Source: Octopus sinensis
Taxonomy: Eukaryota
DNA length: 64,000 bases
NCBI RefSeq assembly: GCF_006345805.1
Contig: NC_043000.1
Span: forward strand, 147,870,001-147,934,000
Direction: 5' to 3'
Under the pieces are notes generated by a model. It worked only from the letters and a program-made list of their open reading frames with translations. It made no database searches and was not told the origin of the DNA. Position 1 is the first letter of the stretch, and each line of letters opens with the position of its first letter. Both the position numbers and the translations under genes were made by a program. Positions 63,726 to 64,000 of this stretch are shown one piece after another.

Positions 63726-64000
63726 AAAGAAGAGGGTTACTTTTTTTTCTTTTTCTTTTTTTACTTGCCTTATCTAGAAGGGGTAGTGCGCATGACCTTT
63801 GCTGCCCGCTCCCCAAACGTGATAAAGAGAAAAAAAAGGTATCCTGAAACCAGAGTCGGCTCCGCTAAAGGCATCCAAGGTGCCAGGTAGTGGCGTTAAA
63901 TCGGTCGACGAATTATGTCTACCATCCAAAAACCACGACGATATTTGAACTCATGACGCAAAGAGCCGAAACAAATATTGACGTCCTCAAAGTCCCGTCA

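Overview
Eukaryotic, AT-rich, microsatellite-dense genomic DNA. The SINE/MITE landscape is what I recognise from octopod cephalopods; this is an inference, not a database match. No prokaryotic features, CRISPR array, rRNA or true tRNA gene is supportable. Genes: (1) one solid minus-strand, two-coding-exon gene (24000-23838 joined to 22669-21870; GT-AG phase-1 intron) encoding a 320-aa six-bladed NHL-repeat protein with no RING/B-box seen in the window; (2) a tentative minus-strand gene 5' end at about 55 kb, at a sharp change from CpG-poor to CpG-rich DNA near 53.6 kb. The remainder is mostly transposon debris: four SINE-type families, CR1, RTE and R4/Dong-like LINE remnants, mariner and DD37D/maT elements, piggyBac-like, hAT and foldback MITEs, two Helitrons and Penelope-like (PLE) remnants. 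Most notable observations: minimal type-I hammerhead-ribozyme architectures in several PLE repeat families, one of them on a ~245-bp fold-back inside the NHL intron; a double overlapping stop/start relay (ATGA, then TAATG) leading into the NHL ORF; a His-rich repeat ORF facing away from the NHL gene; a 590-bp telomere-repeat-bearing palindromic element; two SINE fold-back hairpins; and a near-identical 1.33-kb tandem duplication. All alignments, counts and folds were done by eye, and boundaries of old repeats are approximate.
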